Under the pieces are notes generated by a model. It saw nothing but the letters and a program-made list of their open reading frames with translations, did no database searches and was not told the origin of the DNA. A stretch of 64,000 nt of DNA, from positions 2,848,001 to 2,912,000 of the forward strand of contig CBDETK010000013.1 in assembly GCA_965242865.1 (NCBI GenBank), read 5' to 3'. The translations under genes were made by a program, and so were the position numbers. Source of the DNA: Candidatus Latescibacterota bacterium. Its GTDB lineage: Bacteria; Latescibacterota; UBA2968; UBA8231. Below, piece after piece: positions 47,643 through 56,840 of this stretch. Numbering within the stretch: position 1 is the first letter of the stretch; each line of letters starts with the position of its first letter.

Positions 47643-49532
47643 CTACCACGGCCGGGCATAAGAGGGCTTGTTGACGAAACGCTCCATGCCCAAGTCGAGC
47701 CGAATGGCCGCGCCCGCTTGGAGGCCGACGGTGAAGCGGCGGCCCTGTACGGCGACCGTTTTGTCCGCTAGCTGGCCCTGCACGGTCTGCTGGTATTGGG
47801 CGGCGTGGGTGTGCCCAAGGCCGGCTTCTGCTGCCGCGATGGCCCGGCGCTGCTGGTAGGAGACGCGGGTGAAGTTGTGCTCGCCAAAGGCCCCGGCCTG
47901 CAGCAAGACCTCGCGCTCCTGCGTCGGGTGCAGGTTGACCAAGTGCAGGACGGCCCGGTCGGCCGCGAGCGATTCCACCAAGGCGGCCACATCCGGCGGC
48001 AAGCCCGGCCGGCCGCGTTGCGGGTCGAAGTAGCGCAGGCGGGCCATGAGCAGGCCGCCGTTGTACATGAAGAGCGGGGCCCCCATCGTCAATTGCACCA
48101 AGCCCTCAACGGTGACGGGGTTCCGCACTTGCAGATAGGCGTCGCTGTACGTAGCAGGGTCTTGCTGGTCGTCGCGCATAAAGGCCAAGCGCTGATAGAC
48201 TTGCGCGTGGTTGTGCCGCAGGATGTCCACCGGATATTCCGGGTAGTTGCCGGCGAGATAGGCGGTCCACGCGGCTTCGTGGCCGCCGCCGTGCTTGGAA
48301 AAGTGCGAGCGCACCTGCCGCCCGTTGTCGGGGCTGCGCTGCTGGTTGAGCCGCTCTAGGTCCGCTTGCTCCATGCTCATGCACCAGAGGTGGGTCGTGG
48401 GCTGGGCCTGCATGGGGCTGTAGCCATCCCAGCCTTTGTCGTGGTAGAAGTGCGGCGCATACAGCGTCTGGCCTCTCATTTCTCCTTGCTGCATCAGCAC
48501 GTCAATTTGGGAACGCGGGAAGTCCATGTAGCGCAAGTCGCCGGAGAGCAAGGTCGCGTTTTCAGCGGCCGCAATGCAGGCGTCGCTCAGGTGGTGCCAG
48601 CCGTGCGGCCAAGTCCAGCCATAGTAGCCGCCGTACCACTTGCCGTCGATGTATTCGCCGATCTGCCCGGAAAGGCCAATGTTGTCGGGCAGGATGCCGT
48701 TGTTTTGCCGGGTGCGCTCGATCCAAGCCTCGGTGTATTCCTCGACCCAAGCTCGGTACTTGTCATCGCCGCGGCACAGGTAGGCGTTGGTCACCATGCT
48801 GGTCGCGGCGAGGTTGCAGGCCACATCGCCGCGGCTCATCCGCTCGACGAGGGTTTGGCCCATCTTCTCTTCCATGCCCGGCTTTTGCAAATCCTCAACC
48901 GTGGCAATGCCGGGAACGTCGTGGAACGGCAAGGGCCAAGGCTTCCACTGGGCGTAGCGATAGGCCGTGTAGTGCTTTGCAAAGTTGCGGTGCGCCGGCC
49001 CCATACTGCCGTTGTGGGCGCAGCGGATGAGCTTTTTCTCGGCGTCGTAATTGGGGGCCGCTGGGTCTTCGTTGAGATAGAAACCCGCATAGCGTTGGGC
49101 GCGCTCGACGTTCTTTTGGTGCGTTGGATCGGCGAGGCACAGCAAGTAGAAAAACAAGTACCCTTCGCCTTGGTGCATCCAGTCGTATCCTTGCTCGTAT
49201 TCTTTGACGACCATAGAGTGGCCGTGGCCGGTGTCGTAGCGGGCAAACTGCCGGGTGATGCCCTCCCAAGCGCGGTGGGAATAGTCTAGAACGCGATCGC
49301 TGCCGCCGAGCAAGTAAAAGAGCGGCCAGTTGTGAAAGCTCTCGTACGCGTCGTCGAGGCCGTCAATGCCACTAAAGTCGTCTTTAGGCGGCCACATCAC
49401 CGAGCCGTCCGGGCGCACGTAGCGTTCCCAAAGCGGATGGACGGCGGCGTCCATCAGGTCGATTAAGCTGCGCTCGAGCACGGCCCATTGGGGCGGCTCG
49501 ACAAACGGTATGTTCCCTTCGATTCGGACCAC
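47643..49532 (-). CDS. Conserved hypothetical protein, possibly an (alpha/alpha)6-barrel hydrolase or lyase
   Basis: 629 aa with coding-like codon bias and a GGAGG RBS. Aromatic/acidic motifs DDAYESFHNW, YDWMHQGEG and WYGGYYGWTWPHG. The fold is inferred. Confidence 0.6.
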   Translation of the reverse strand: MVRIEGNIPFVEPPQWAVLERSLIDLMDAAVHPLWERYVRPDGSVMWPPKDDFSGIDGLDDAYESFHNWPLFYLLGGSDRVLDYSHRAWEGITRQFARYDTGHGHSMVVKEYEQGYDWMHQGEGYLFFYLLCLADPTHQKNVERAQRYAGFYLNEDPAAPNYDAEKKLIRCAHNGSMGPAHRNFAKHYTAYRYAQWKPWPLPFHDVPGIATVEDLQKPGMEEKMGQTLVERMSRGDVACNLAATSMVTNAYLCRGDDKYRAWVEEYTEAWIERTRQNNGILPDNIGLSGQIGEYIDGKWYGGYYGWTWPHGWHHLSDACIAAAENATLLSGDLRYMDFPRSQIDVLMQQGEMRGQTLYAPHFYHDKGWDGYSPMQAQPTTHLWCMSMEQADLERLNQQRSPDNGRQVRSHFSKHGGGHEAAWTAYLAGNYPEYPVDILRHNHAQVYQRLAFMRDDQQDPATYSDAYLQVRNPVTVEGLVQLTMGAPLFMYNGGLLMARLRYFDPQRGRPGLPPDVAALVESLAADRAVLHLVNLHPTQEREVLLQAGAFGEHNFTRVSYQQRRAIAAAEAGLGHTHAAQYQQTVQGQLADKTVAVQGRRFTVGLQAGAAIRLDLGMERFVNKPSYARPW

Positions 49533-49543
49533 TTTCAGCCTCC

Positions 49544-51217
49544 TCAGGTAGTGCGGACGAGGGCCTCCACCCGGGCGCGGAAGACCTCAATTTGCGTTGC
49601 GTATTGGTGGCGCAATTGGATGATGAACTGCCCAAAGAGCCGCTCCTGCTTTTGGCGGCGCACCAACGCCCGGGCGCGGTGCTCGGCCGGCGCGAAGGGC
49701 CTTGGGGCGGCGTTGATCGTCGAATCGAGCAAGCGGAAAATGGCGTAGTACGGGCCGCTGACCGGGTCCGAACTTAACACCTCGTCCGCAGCGACCTCCA
49801 AGGCAATGGGACCGATGAGTGCGCCGATTTTTTGCCCTTGCGCGGCCTCAAAGAGCGGGACGAATTGTTGCTTCTCCCAAGGATGCAGGTGGAACTCGCC
49901 TTGGTTCGCACGGCCGCGCCGGCGCAGGGTGTGCTCGGCCGCGAGCGCGCCCAAGTCGCCGCCGCGCTCCACTTCCTCGCGCAACGCGAGGGCCTCCTCC
50001 TCGGTGCGGAGCAAAATCTCCTGCACGGCGATCGATTCGAGAGGGCGGAACAGGTCGGGGTGGCGGTCGTAGAACGCCCGGGCCTCTTCGCGGCTGGCAA
50101 AGACGCCATTGACCACGTCCCGACGCATGGCCACCAGCAGGTTGGACAGCCACCGCCTTTGGAACCAAGCCACCACTTCTTCGTCGCGGTCGACGCCCGC
50201 CCGATACGCGCCGGCCAAGAGCAGCGCGCGCGGCTCGACGATGTCTTTGACGAACCAGTCGAACCGCTCGGGCGCGTCTGCGGGGAAGCCGACGCCCAGC
50301 TCGCGGGCAAAATTGAGCAGCTCGCCGATGGTAAAGACGCCGCTGGCGTGTTCGTAGATCGGCTGTGTGCACTCGTCCGCAGAAAACGCCTTAGCCCCCT
50401 GCCCGATGCGCCCGCGGACGCGCTCCAAGGCGTGCTCGTGAACCGCAAAGTCGAGTTCCTGCCGCAAGCGGGCCGACAGCGCCAGCACGGCCGGCGGCAG
50501 CTTCTCCTTGAGCAATTCGGCCTCAATGATCGACTGCACGACCGAGAGTTTGACCGGGGCTTCGGCCGTCACCTCGTACACGCCGAATTGGTCGTTGAAG
50601 AGCACCGGCTCCGACAACTGACCCGGGGCCAGCGGAAAGACTTCTTCCCGCAAGATGGGCGGATGCAACTCGTCCTTGAGTAGATAGCGTCCCCCTTCTA
50701 GCTGGGTCTCGGCGAGCACGGTGCGGTCGGCATATAGGTCAAAGTCGGCGCCGCTCTCCAAGGCCGCCTTGATTGCTTGAGCCTCTTGTCTGGTGGCGAC
50801 GACGATGCGCCGCACCTGCACGGCGCGATCGCGACCCGTCTTTTGCTGGTGGGCCAGCATTTCCTCGTGCGTGTGGACGATCTCGTCGTGTACCTCTAAC
50901 TGCAAAAAGCGGCGCAACACGCGGTCGCTGTGCAGTTTGTCCAGCTTGCGGCGAAAGTCGGCGCGTTGGTCGAGGCCCCGCTTTTTGGCCTCTAAGACCA
51001 TGAGCTCCTTGTCGATCATGGTCTGCAAGTAGTCGAAATAGGCGTCAGCACCCGTCTTTTTGCTCCGCAGATCGGGGTGTAGCCTTTCTTCAAACTCCAG
51101 CAACTGGGGAACGTCGATTTCCACCTCGCCGACTCGGGTCACCACCAAGTTTTCGGTGGGTGGGGCGCAGGCCCAGAAGCCGAGGAGCCACAGCCAATGT
51201 ATCGCCGATCTAGTCAC
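49544..51217 (-). CDS. SurA/PrsA-like parvulin PPIase lipoprotein with two rotamase-like domains
   Basis: Likely GTG start overlapping the upstream stop. Lipobox FWAC, L.....K.RGLD, RRIVV....A......L..G.DF, G.LS.PV and a second EIL.....A.......G.D...LA..H repeat. Confidence 0.8.
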   Translation of the reverse strand: MTRSAIHWLWLLGFWACAPPTENLVVTRVGEVEIDVPQLLEFEERLHPDLRSKKTGADAYFDYLQTMIDKELMVLEAKKRGLDQRADFRRKLDKLHSDRVLRRFLQLEVHDEIVHTHEEMLAHQQKTGRDRAVQVRRIVVATRQEAQAIKAALESGADFDLYADRTVLAETQLEGGRYLLKDELHPPILREEVFPLAPGQLSEPVLFNDQFGVYEVTAEAPVKLSVVQSIIEAELLKEKLPPAVLALSARLRQELDFAVHEHALERVRGRIGQGAKAFSADECTQPIYEHASGVFTIGELLNFARELGVGFPADAPERFDWFVKDIVEPRALLLAGAYRAGVDRDEEVVAWFQRRWLSNLLVAMRRDVVNGVFASREEARAFYDRHPDLFRPLESIAVQEILLRTEEEALALREEVERGGDLGALAAEHTLRRRGRANQGEFHLHPWEKQQFVPLFEAAQGQKIGALIGPIALEVAADEVLSSDPVSGPYYAIFRLLDSTINAAPRPFAPAEHRARALVRRQKQERLFGQFIIQLRHQYATQIEVFRARVEALVRTT

Positions 51218-54065
51218 TAAGCCCTGCTTGTACTGTGACAAACGTCAAACCGCTGGTTTCGGTCTTGGCCTTCTGCGCGGCGCGCTCGATCTGCCGCTTG
51301 TCGATGCGAAGCCCCACTTGCGACATGAGCTTGTAGCCCAAGTACGAGGTCGTATTGGACAGTTGCACGGCCAAGGACGTCTCGTCGTAGTCCCCGGTGG
51401 GGTCGTCTGGGGCGACGGTGGCCTCGTCCACTGCCATGTCGCGGAAGCGCAAGTGCTCTGCGCCGAGTTGGACGACCGAGCGTTTCATAAAGGGCACCGT
51501 TACCAATACCGAGGCCAGCGCGCTCCAATCGCGCCGCTCGGCCGTGGGAGTCCCTAACTGCCGCTCGATATTGAACGGGGTGTCGTCCATGAACAGCTCC
51601 TGCTTGAGGCGCGGCAACGCGGTTATGCGGCCCAGTTGCACTGGGTACTCGGCCTTGTTGATCAGCCCCAAGCGCCGCGCATGGTGCTGCAAGGGGCGGC
51701 CATCGCGGTCAACGGCATCTTCTCGCCGCTGCTCGATGAATTCGTACAGCAGCTTGCTCTCGCTCTCGAAGCCATGGCGGCGGTACTCAGCACCGATCCA
51801 CAGCTTGTTGACCAAGGCATCGCCCATGCCCAGCGGATCGCGAATGGCGATCATGTTGCCCGAAGAAGGGCTCGGGCGGCCGAGCACGGGGCGCAGCTGA
51901 ATCCACTGGACCAAGTCTTCGGCGATCGCGTCGGCCACCCACTTGAACGCATTGTACGCCGTCAGCGTACCCAATCCGGCAAAGCTCTGCTCGTACGCAA
52001 GGAGGGCATAGTACGTGCGGTTGCGTGCGCCGGTCGTCGGCTTGCGCTCCCACACCCGTCCTGTCGTCAGCTTGAGCGCGGGCCGGAGGTCCGCGCTTAG
52101 ATAGGCGTTGTAGCCGCGCCGGTCGCGCTTGTACGGGTAGTCGGGCTCATCGTCGTTTTCAAAGCGGTCGCCCCAGCCATTGTTGTTCAAGTCGAGGGCA
52201 AAAAGATACTCGGGCCGATCGATGTGGTAGCGGAGAAAAGGCTCTTCGTAGTCGGGCAGAAAATTGGGACGCTCGCGCAGATCGTTTTGATTGAAGTCGG
52301 AAATGAAGTCGTTGTTCTCGTCGAGGCCCGGAAAGACCGCGTCGTCGGCAAAGCCCTCAAAGGTGCGGGCGCGGAGCCCGCGCTGGTCGGCGGTGCGGCC
52401 GTCGTCAAAGCGGCGCTTTTGGTCGTTGATGCGGTCGTTGTCGTCGTTGTCATCGACAAAGTCGTACCCGTGCCGCGCCCGCGCTTCGTCGTCGTTGGAC
52501 CAATCCACCCGACCGCTGCTATCGACAAAGCGCGGGCTCGTGTTGTACTCGGCGTCTAGGCCGAAGGCCTCGCCAAAAAAGAAAAACCGGGCGAAGCGAC
52601 GCGAGACCTTGAACATCCAGCCGAGGGCGGCGCGATCTCCGCCAATGCCCGAGGACGCCTGGTGCGTATCCCGCGTCCGCGTGGGGTACTGGGTGAATTG
52701 GTGGTTGACGTTGAGTTCGCCATACACGCGGAAGCCTGCCCAATCGTCGGCCTGTAGCGTCAGCCCGGCCACCTGCGTCGCGGTCGGCAGCCCGTAGTCG
52801 AAGACGACCGTCCGCTGGTTGGAGTTGTCCCAGACGTTGCCCTCGGCCCGGGCGACGGTGCGAAACTGCGGCTGCTCGCCGCTGGGGTTGTTGTCGGTCT
52901 GGCGGTTGGACGTGACTTCTACCTTGTAGTCGTTGCCCAACACCAAGCGGAAGCGCACCCGGCTGATCTGGTTGACCAAGTCCGCGCTCGGCACCACCGC
53001 CTCTAGGTCCAAGACCGCGGGATCGTCGTCGGAAAATGCGTATTCGAGCAAGATCTGGCTCGCCTCGCCCCGGCCCTCGGCCGTCAGAAAACCACCGCGC
53101 TCAATGCCGCCGACGATGCGCGGCGCAAAGCCAATCTGGCTGCCAATCAGCAAGGTGTCGCGCTCGCCGATCCGCGTCTCGATTTCAATATCGCTGCTAA
53201 AAAGCACGGCCCCACCGCCCCCATCTTCGGGCGAATCGTCGGTCAGCCGCACCACGATGCGGTCGATGCGTCCGTCGAGCTGGCCGCTCGTCAGCTTGCC
53301 CTTGAGCGGGTGGCCCTCAAAGCGGTCAGAGGCTGTCCGGCCGTTGTGCGCGTTGAGAAAGGTGCCGCCGATCCGCGTGGTAGCGCCGAGGGACCAGACC
53401 ACGCGCCCGCCGACGAGATTGGTGAAGTTGTCCTCTGTCACGGGAAAGGGGTCCGTGCGGAAAAGCGGCAGGTTGATCCGCGACATGAGCACGGTAGCTG
53501 TCAGGCGATCGGCCGCGTAGTTGAACATGACGCCATTGTACGCGGTCTTGCGAAAGGTCATGGGCGTCAGCATGGCGAAGATCTCGTCGCCGATGAGCAC
53601 GGAGAAATAGTGCTGGCCCTTGGCGTCGCCGGCAATGACCAAGTTGTTGAACCACGAACCGTATTGGCCGGCCTGCAAAATGCCCGAGCCGCCCGAGCCG
53701 GTCGGCTGGACCTGACGCCAGTCGTAGATCAACCAGCCCTTGTTCAAGAAGCGCCCATAGAGGTCGTAGAAGTACCCGCCCTCCAAAGCGGGATCGAGGT
53801 AGCGTCGATAGGGGTCGCGCGCGTAGTTGGTGTAGCTCCACTGCCGGCGGTACTCGCCGGCAACCTCGGCCGGCAGATACCATTTTTGCACGGAGGGATA
53901 GACCGCCTCCATGCACAGCCCGGTGCCGGCCGAATAGTACACGGGCTGGCCCGCTTCAATGCGGCCCAAGCGGTGGCCGTAGTCCGCGCGTTGGGCGTTG
54001 AGCGGCGCGGCCCAGAGCAGCGCGACCGAGCAGAGCGCGCCGACGCAGCGCAAGCGGGCGTTCAT
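51210..54065 (-). CDS. Large secreted/outer-membrane protein with Asp/Asn-rich loops (paralog A)
   Basis: Signal peptide. DDNDDND, DENNDFISD and DLNNNG loops. Amphipathic beta-strand C-terminal region ending FVTVQAGL. Confidence 0.65.
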   Translation of the reverse strand: MNARLRCVGALCSVALLWAAPLNAQRADYGHRLGRIEAGQPVYYSAGTGLCMEAVYPSVQKWYLPAEVAGEYRRQWSYTNYARDPYRRYLDPALEGGYFYDLYGRFLNKGWLIYDWRQVQPTGSGGSGILQAGQYGSWFNNLVIAGDAKGQHYFSVLIGDEIFAMLTPMTFRKTAYNGVMFNYAADRLTATVLMSRINLPLFRTDPFPVTEDNFTNLVGGRVVWSLGATTRIGGTFLNAHNGRTASDRFEGHPLKGKLTSGQLDGRIDRIVVRLTDDSPEDGGGGAVLFSSDIEIETRIGERDTLLIGSQIGFAPRIVGGIERGGFLTAEGRGEASQILLEYAFSDDDPAVLDLEAVVPSADLVNQISRVRFRLVLGNDYKVEVTSNRQTDNNPSGEQPQFRTVARAEGNVWDNSNQRTVVFDYGLPTATQVAGLTLQADDWAGFRVYGELNVNHQFTQYPTRTRDTHQASSGIGGDRAALGWMFKVSRRFARFFFFGEAFGLDAEYNTSPRFVDSSGRVDWSNDDEARARHGYDFVDDNDDNDRINDQKRRFDDGRTADQRGLRARTFEGFADDAVFPGLDENNDFISDFNQNDLRERPNFLPDYEEPFLRYHIDRPEYLFALDLNNNGWGDRFENDDEPDYPYKRDRRGYNAYLSADLRPALKLTTGRVWERKPTTGARNRTYYALLAYEQSFAGLGTLTAYNAFKWVADAIAEDLVQWIQLRPVLGRPSPSSGNMIAIRDPLGMGDALVNKLWIGAEYRRHGFESESKLLYEFIEQRREDAVDRDGRPLQHHARRLGLINKAEYPVQLGRITALPRLKQELFMDDTPFNIERQLGTPTAERRDWSALASVLVTVPFMKRSVVQLGAEHLRFRDMAVDEATVAPDDPTGDYDETSLAVQLSNTTSYLGYKLMSQVGLRIDKRQIERAAQKAKTETSGLTFVTVQAGLSD

Positions 54066-54069
54066 GCCG

Positions 54070-56826
54070 CTACTCCAGCCCCGCGTACACGGTGATGAAA
54101 CTGGTGCTAAAGGCGCGGATTTCATGGGTCCGCTCCAAGCCTTCACTCCCGATGATCACCCGCTCCTCCCACAGGCGCGTGTAACTAAAGCCAAACTGCG
54201 TCGTCAGCCGGTAGCCCAAGTAGGAGCCAGCACTGGACCACTGCAGGGCCAGCACCAAGTTGCGGAAGTCGCCCGTAGGCCCGGCCGGGCCGTTGGCGAG
54301 CTGGTCGTCCTCATTGAGCACCAAGTCCCGGAACAGGGAAAATTCAACGCCTCCTTCCACCAGCGACTGGCTCAACAGCGGATGACTCAGCAGCAGGATG
54401 CCCGTGCCAACCCACTCCTCGCGGTCCTCGGCCCGCGCTTCGAGCGCGGTCTGGTTGAGATACTCGCTCTTGACCTTGGGCTGCAACCTAAAGCCGGCCA
54501 AGCCGCAGGTGTAATCCGCCTTATTGATCAATCCAATTAGGTGGCTGTCTGGGTTGAGCACCGGCCCTTTGACGCGGCTCGCGAACGCACGGCCCTGCTG
54601 CCAAAAACGCTCGTACTTGAACTTGTTGTGCGCGTTTAGGTTGTCGAGCGGCTGATAATCGAGCTGTACGTACGTCGTGTTGATCCACGTGTCCCGCGCG
54701 GGCAGGATGTCGCGCACCAGCGCGAGCGAATTGACTTCGAGGTGCGGCGTCATCTCTCGCCGGTCGTCGGCGATGTCGTCGGCGACGCGCCGCAGCATCT
54801 CAAAGGCCCGCAACCGCCCCCAAGTGAAGTCGCGGTCGTAGGTCAGCAGACCATACGTGGCGCGGTTGCGCCTATCGGAGGCCATGCTCTTTTCGCTCAA
54901 CCTGCCCAGCGTCAGCCGGGTGTGTGGATTGAGAAAGACTCCGGCGTACAGGTTGTATCCCCGGCGATCGGCCTTGTAGGGGTAGTCGGGCAAGTCGTCG
55001 TTTTCAAACCGGTCGATCCAACCATTGTTGTTTAGGTCGATGCCGAACAAAAACTCCGGGCGATCGGCCGCATAGCGGAAGAACGGTTCTTCGTAATCCG
55101 GGATGCGGTTGTTGAGAATGCGGTTGTCGTTTTGGTTGAAGTCGGAGACAAAGTCGTTGTTCTCGTCCCACCCCGGGAAGACGGCCACATCGCCGCCGCC
55201 CTGCGAGAAGCGGAACCAATCGGCCGAGCGGTCTTGGTCGTCGTTGTCGTCGACCAACTCGTACAGGGACATGCGCGGATTGTCGTAGGTAATGCCTCCG
55301 TTGTCATCTACGATAAACGAACTCGTCGAGTACGCTGGGTCTATGCTGTACGCCTCGCCGAAAAAGTAGAACGGGGCGGCCACTTTGGCGGCGTTGACCA
55401 TCCAAGCCTCGGCGTCGCGGGCATGCGTGGCCAGCGAGCGATCGGCGGCTTGGCGCGCCGGGTTGGGGTATTGGCTGTACGCCCGGCTGACATCGAATTC
55501 CGCGTAGAGGTCCACGCCCTTGATATCCGCGGCGTCCAAGGTGAAGCCGTAGATCAAGCGGGACGACGGCAGGCCGTAGTCAAAGACTACTCGCTGCTGA
55601 TTGGAATTGTCCTGCACATTGCCCTCGGCGCGGAGGACGTCGAACAACGCCGGGGACTGCTCCTCAATGTCTTGGCCGGTCAGCGGCAAGACCGGCAGGG
55701 CGTGGGTGCCCGTCTGCCGGTCGGACCAAACCTGCACCTTGTAGTCATTGGCCAAGACCAAGTCGAATTGCACGGCGACGATTTCCGAGGGACGCGGGCC
55801 GGTATAGGCAATATCCGCAAAGTCGTAGTTGATGACGATCCGCTCGTCGCCGTCGGCCGCTAAGGCCCCTTCCTTGGGGGCCCCGCCCGAGACTACGGGC
55901 CACCGCGCTGGATCGGCGACCACATCGCGGAGCCTAAATTGCTCGCGCTCGCCCGTATCGGGATTCTCGCTCGTCAACGCGATGTCGTGCGAAAACAGGG
56001 TGGCCCCGCCCCGCCCATCCTCGGGCGAGTCGTCGCTGAGGACTAGGGCTAGGCCCGATATGGGCAGGCTGCCCTGATTGGCCGCGAGGGTCCCGACAAA
56101 GGGGTTGCGCTCAAACGCATCGGCCACGGTGGTGGAGTTGCGCGCATTGACTAAGTTGGCCCCCACGGCCACGAAATCGCCGATCTGGACCACGGCGCGG
56201 CCAGCCATCAGGTTGGTGGCGTTGGAGACCGCGCTGGGGTCGTCGGGCGTACTGCCGATGACCGGGCGGCTCACCCGCGAAAAGAGCAGCGTGCCCTCGT
56301 ACTTGTCGGCCGCAAAGTCCATCTGCACGCCGCTGAAGGCCGGCTTGGAGAAGGTGAGCGGGGTCAGGGTCGTGCGGATGCGATCGCCCACCGTGATCGC
56401 ATAGTAGAACTGCCCCTGCGAGTCCGAGCTAATGGTGACCGCGTTGAACCAGTTGTTAAAGCGCTGGTCTTTGAAGATGGACGAACCAAACTGCACGGGC
56501 TGGTTTTGACTCCAGTCGTAGATGAGCCAGCCGCGCGTCAAATAGTTGCCGTACAGGTCGTAAAACGGAGAGCCTTCAATCGTGGTGCTGACGTAGCGTT
56601 CGTACGCGTCGCGGGCGTAGTTGGTGTACTGCCACTGCTGCCAACCATAGTCGGCAAACAGTTCCTGCGGCACGTACCAGCGCTGGACCGTGGGATCCAA
56701 CGCGTCGAAAAGCACCCCCGGCCCGCGCGGTTCGTAGGTAATCTCCGCTCCCCAGCGCCGGCCTTGGGCAGCTGCGCTCAGGGCCGCGACGACTAAGGCG
56801 GCGAGTATCCACCGTAGGTCTCTCAT
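54070..56826 (-). CDS. Large secreted/outer-membrane protein with Asp/Asn-rich loops (paralog B)
   Basis: Colinear with paralog A: YTNYAR, YDLYG...GWLIYDW, DDSPEDG.GGA, PG.DENNDF.SDFNQND and DLNNNGW.DRFENDD.PDYPYK. Ends FITVYAGL. Confidence 0.65.
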   Translation of the reverse strand: MRDLRWILAALVVAALSAAAQGRRWGAEITYEPRGPGVLFDALDPTVQRWYVPQELFADYGWQQWQYTNYARDAYERYVSTTIEGSPFYDLYGNYLTRGWLIYDWSQNQPVQFGSSIFKDQRFNNWFNAVTISSDSQGQFYYAITVGDRIRTTLTPLTFSKPAFSGVQMDFAADKYEGTLLFSRVSRPVIGSTPDDPSAVSNATNLMAGRAVVQIGDFVAVGANLVNARNSTTVADAFERNPFVGTLAANQGSLPISGLALVLSDDSPEDGRGGATLFSHDIALTSENPDTGEREQFRLRDVVADPARWPVVSGGAPKEGALAADGDERIVINYDFADIAYTGPRPSEIVAVQFDLVLANDYKVQVWSDRQTGTHALPVLPLTGQDIEEQSPALFDVLRAEGNVQDNSNQQRVVFDYGLPSSRLIYGFTLDAADIKGVDLYAEFDVSRAYSQYPNPARQAADRSLATHARDAEAWMVNAAKVAAPFYFFGEAYSIDPAYSTSSFIVDDNGGITYDNPRMSLYELVDDNDDQDRSADWFRFSQGGGDVAVFPGWDENNDFVSDFNQNDNRILNNRIPDYEEPFFRYAADRPEFLFGIDLNNNGWIDRFENDDLPDYPYKADRRGYNLYAGVFLNPHTRLTLGRLSEKSMASDRRNRATYGLLTYDRDFTWGRLRAFEMLRRVADDIADDRREMTPHLEVNSLALVRDILPARDTWINTTYVQLDYQPLDNLNAHNKFKYERFWQQGRAFASRVKGPVLNPDSHLIGLINKADYTCGLAGFRLQPKVKSEYLNQTALEARAEDREEWVGTGILLLSHPLLSQSLVEGGVEFSLFRDLVLNEDDQLANGPAGPTGDFRNLVLALQWSSAGSYLGYRLTTQFGFSYTRLWEERVIIGSEGLERTHEIRAFSTSFITVYAGLE

Positions 56827-56840
56827 TAGACCCTCCCTAA

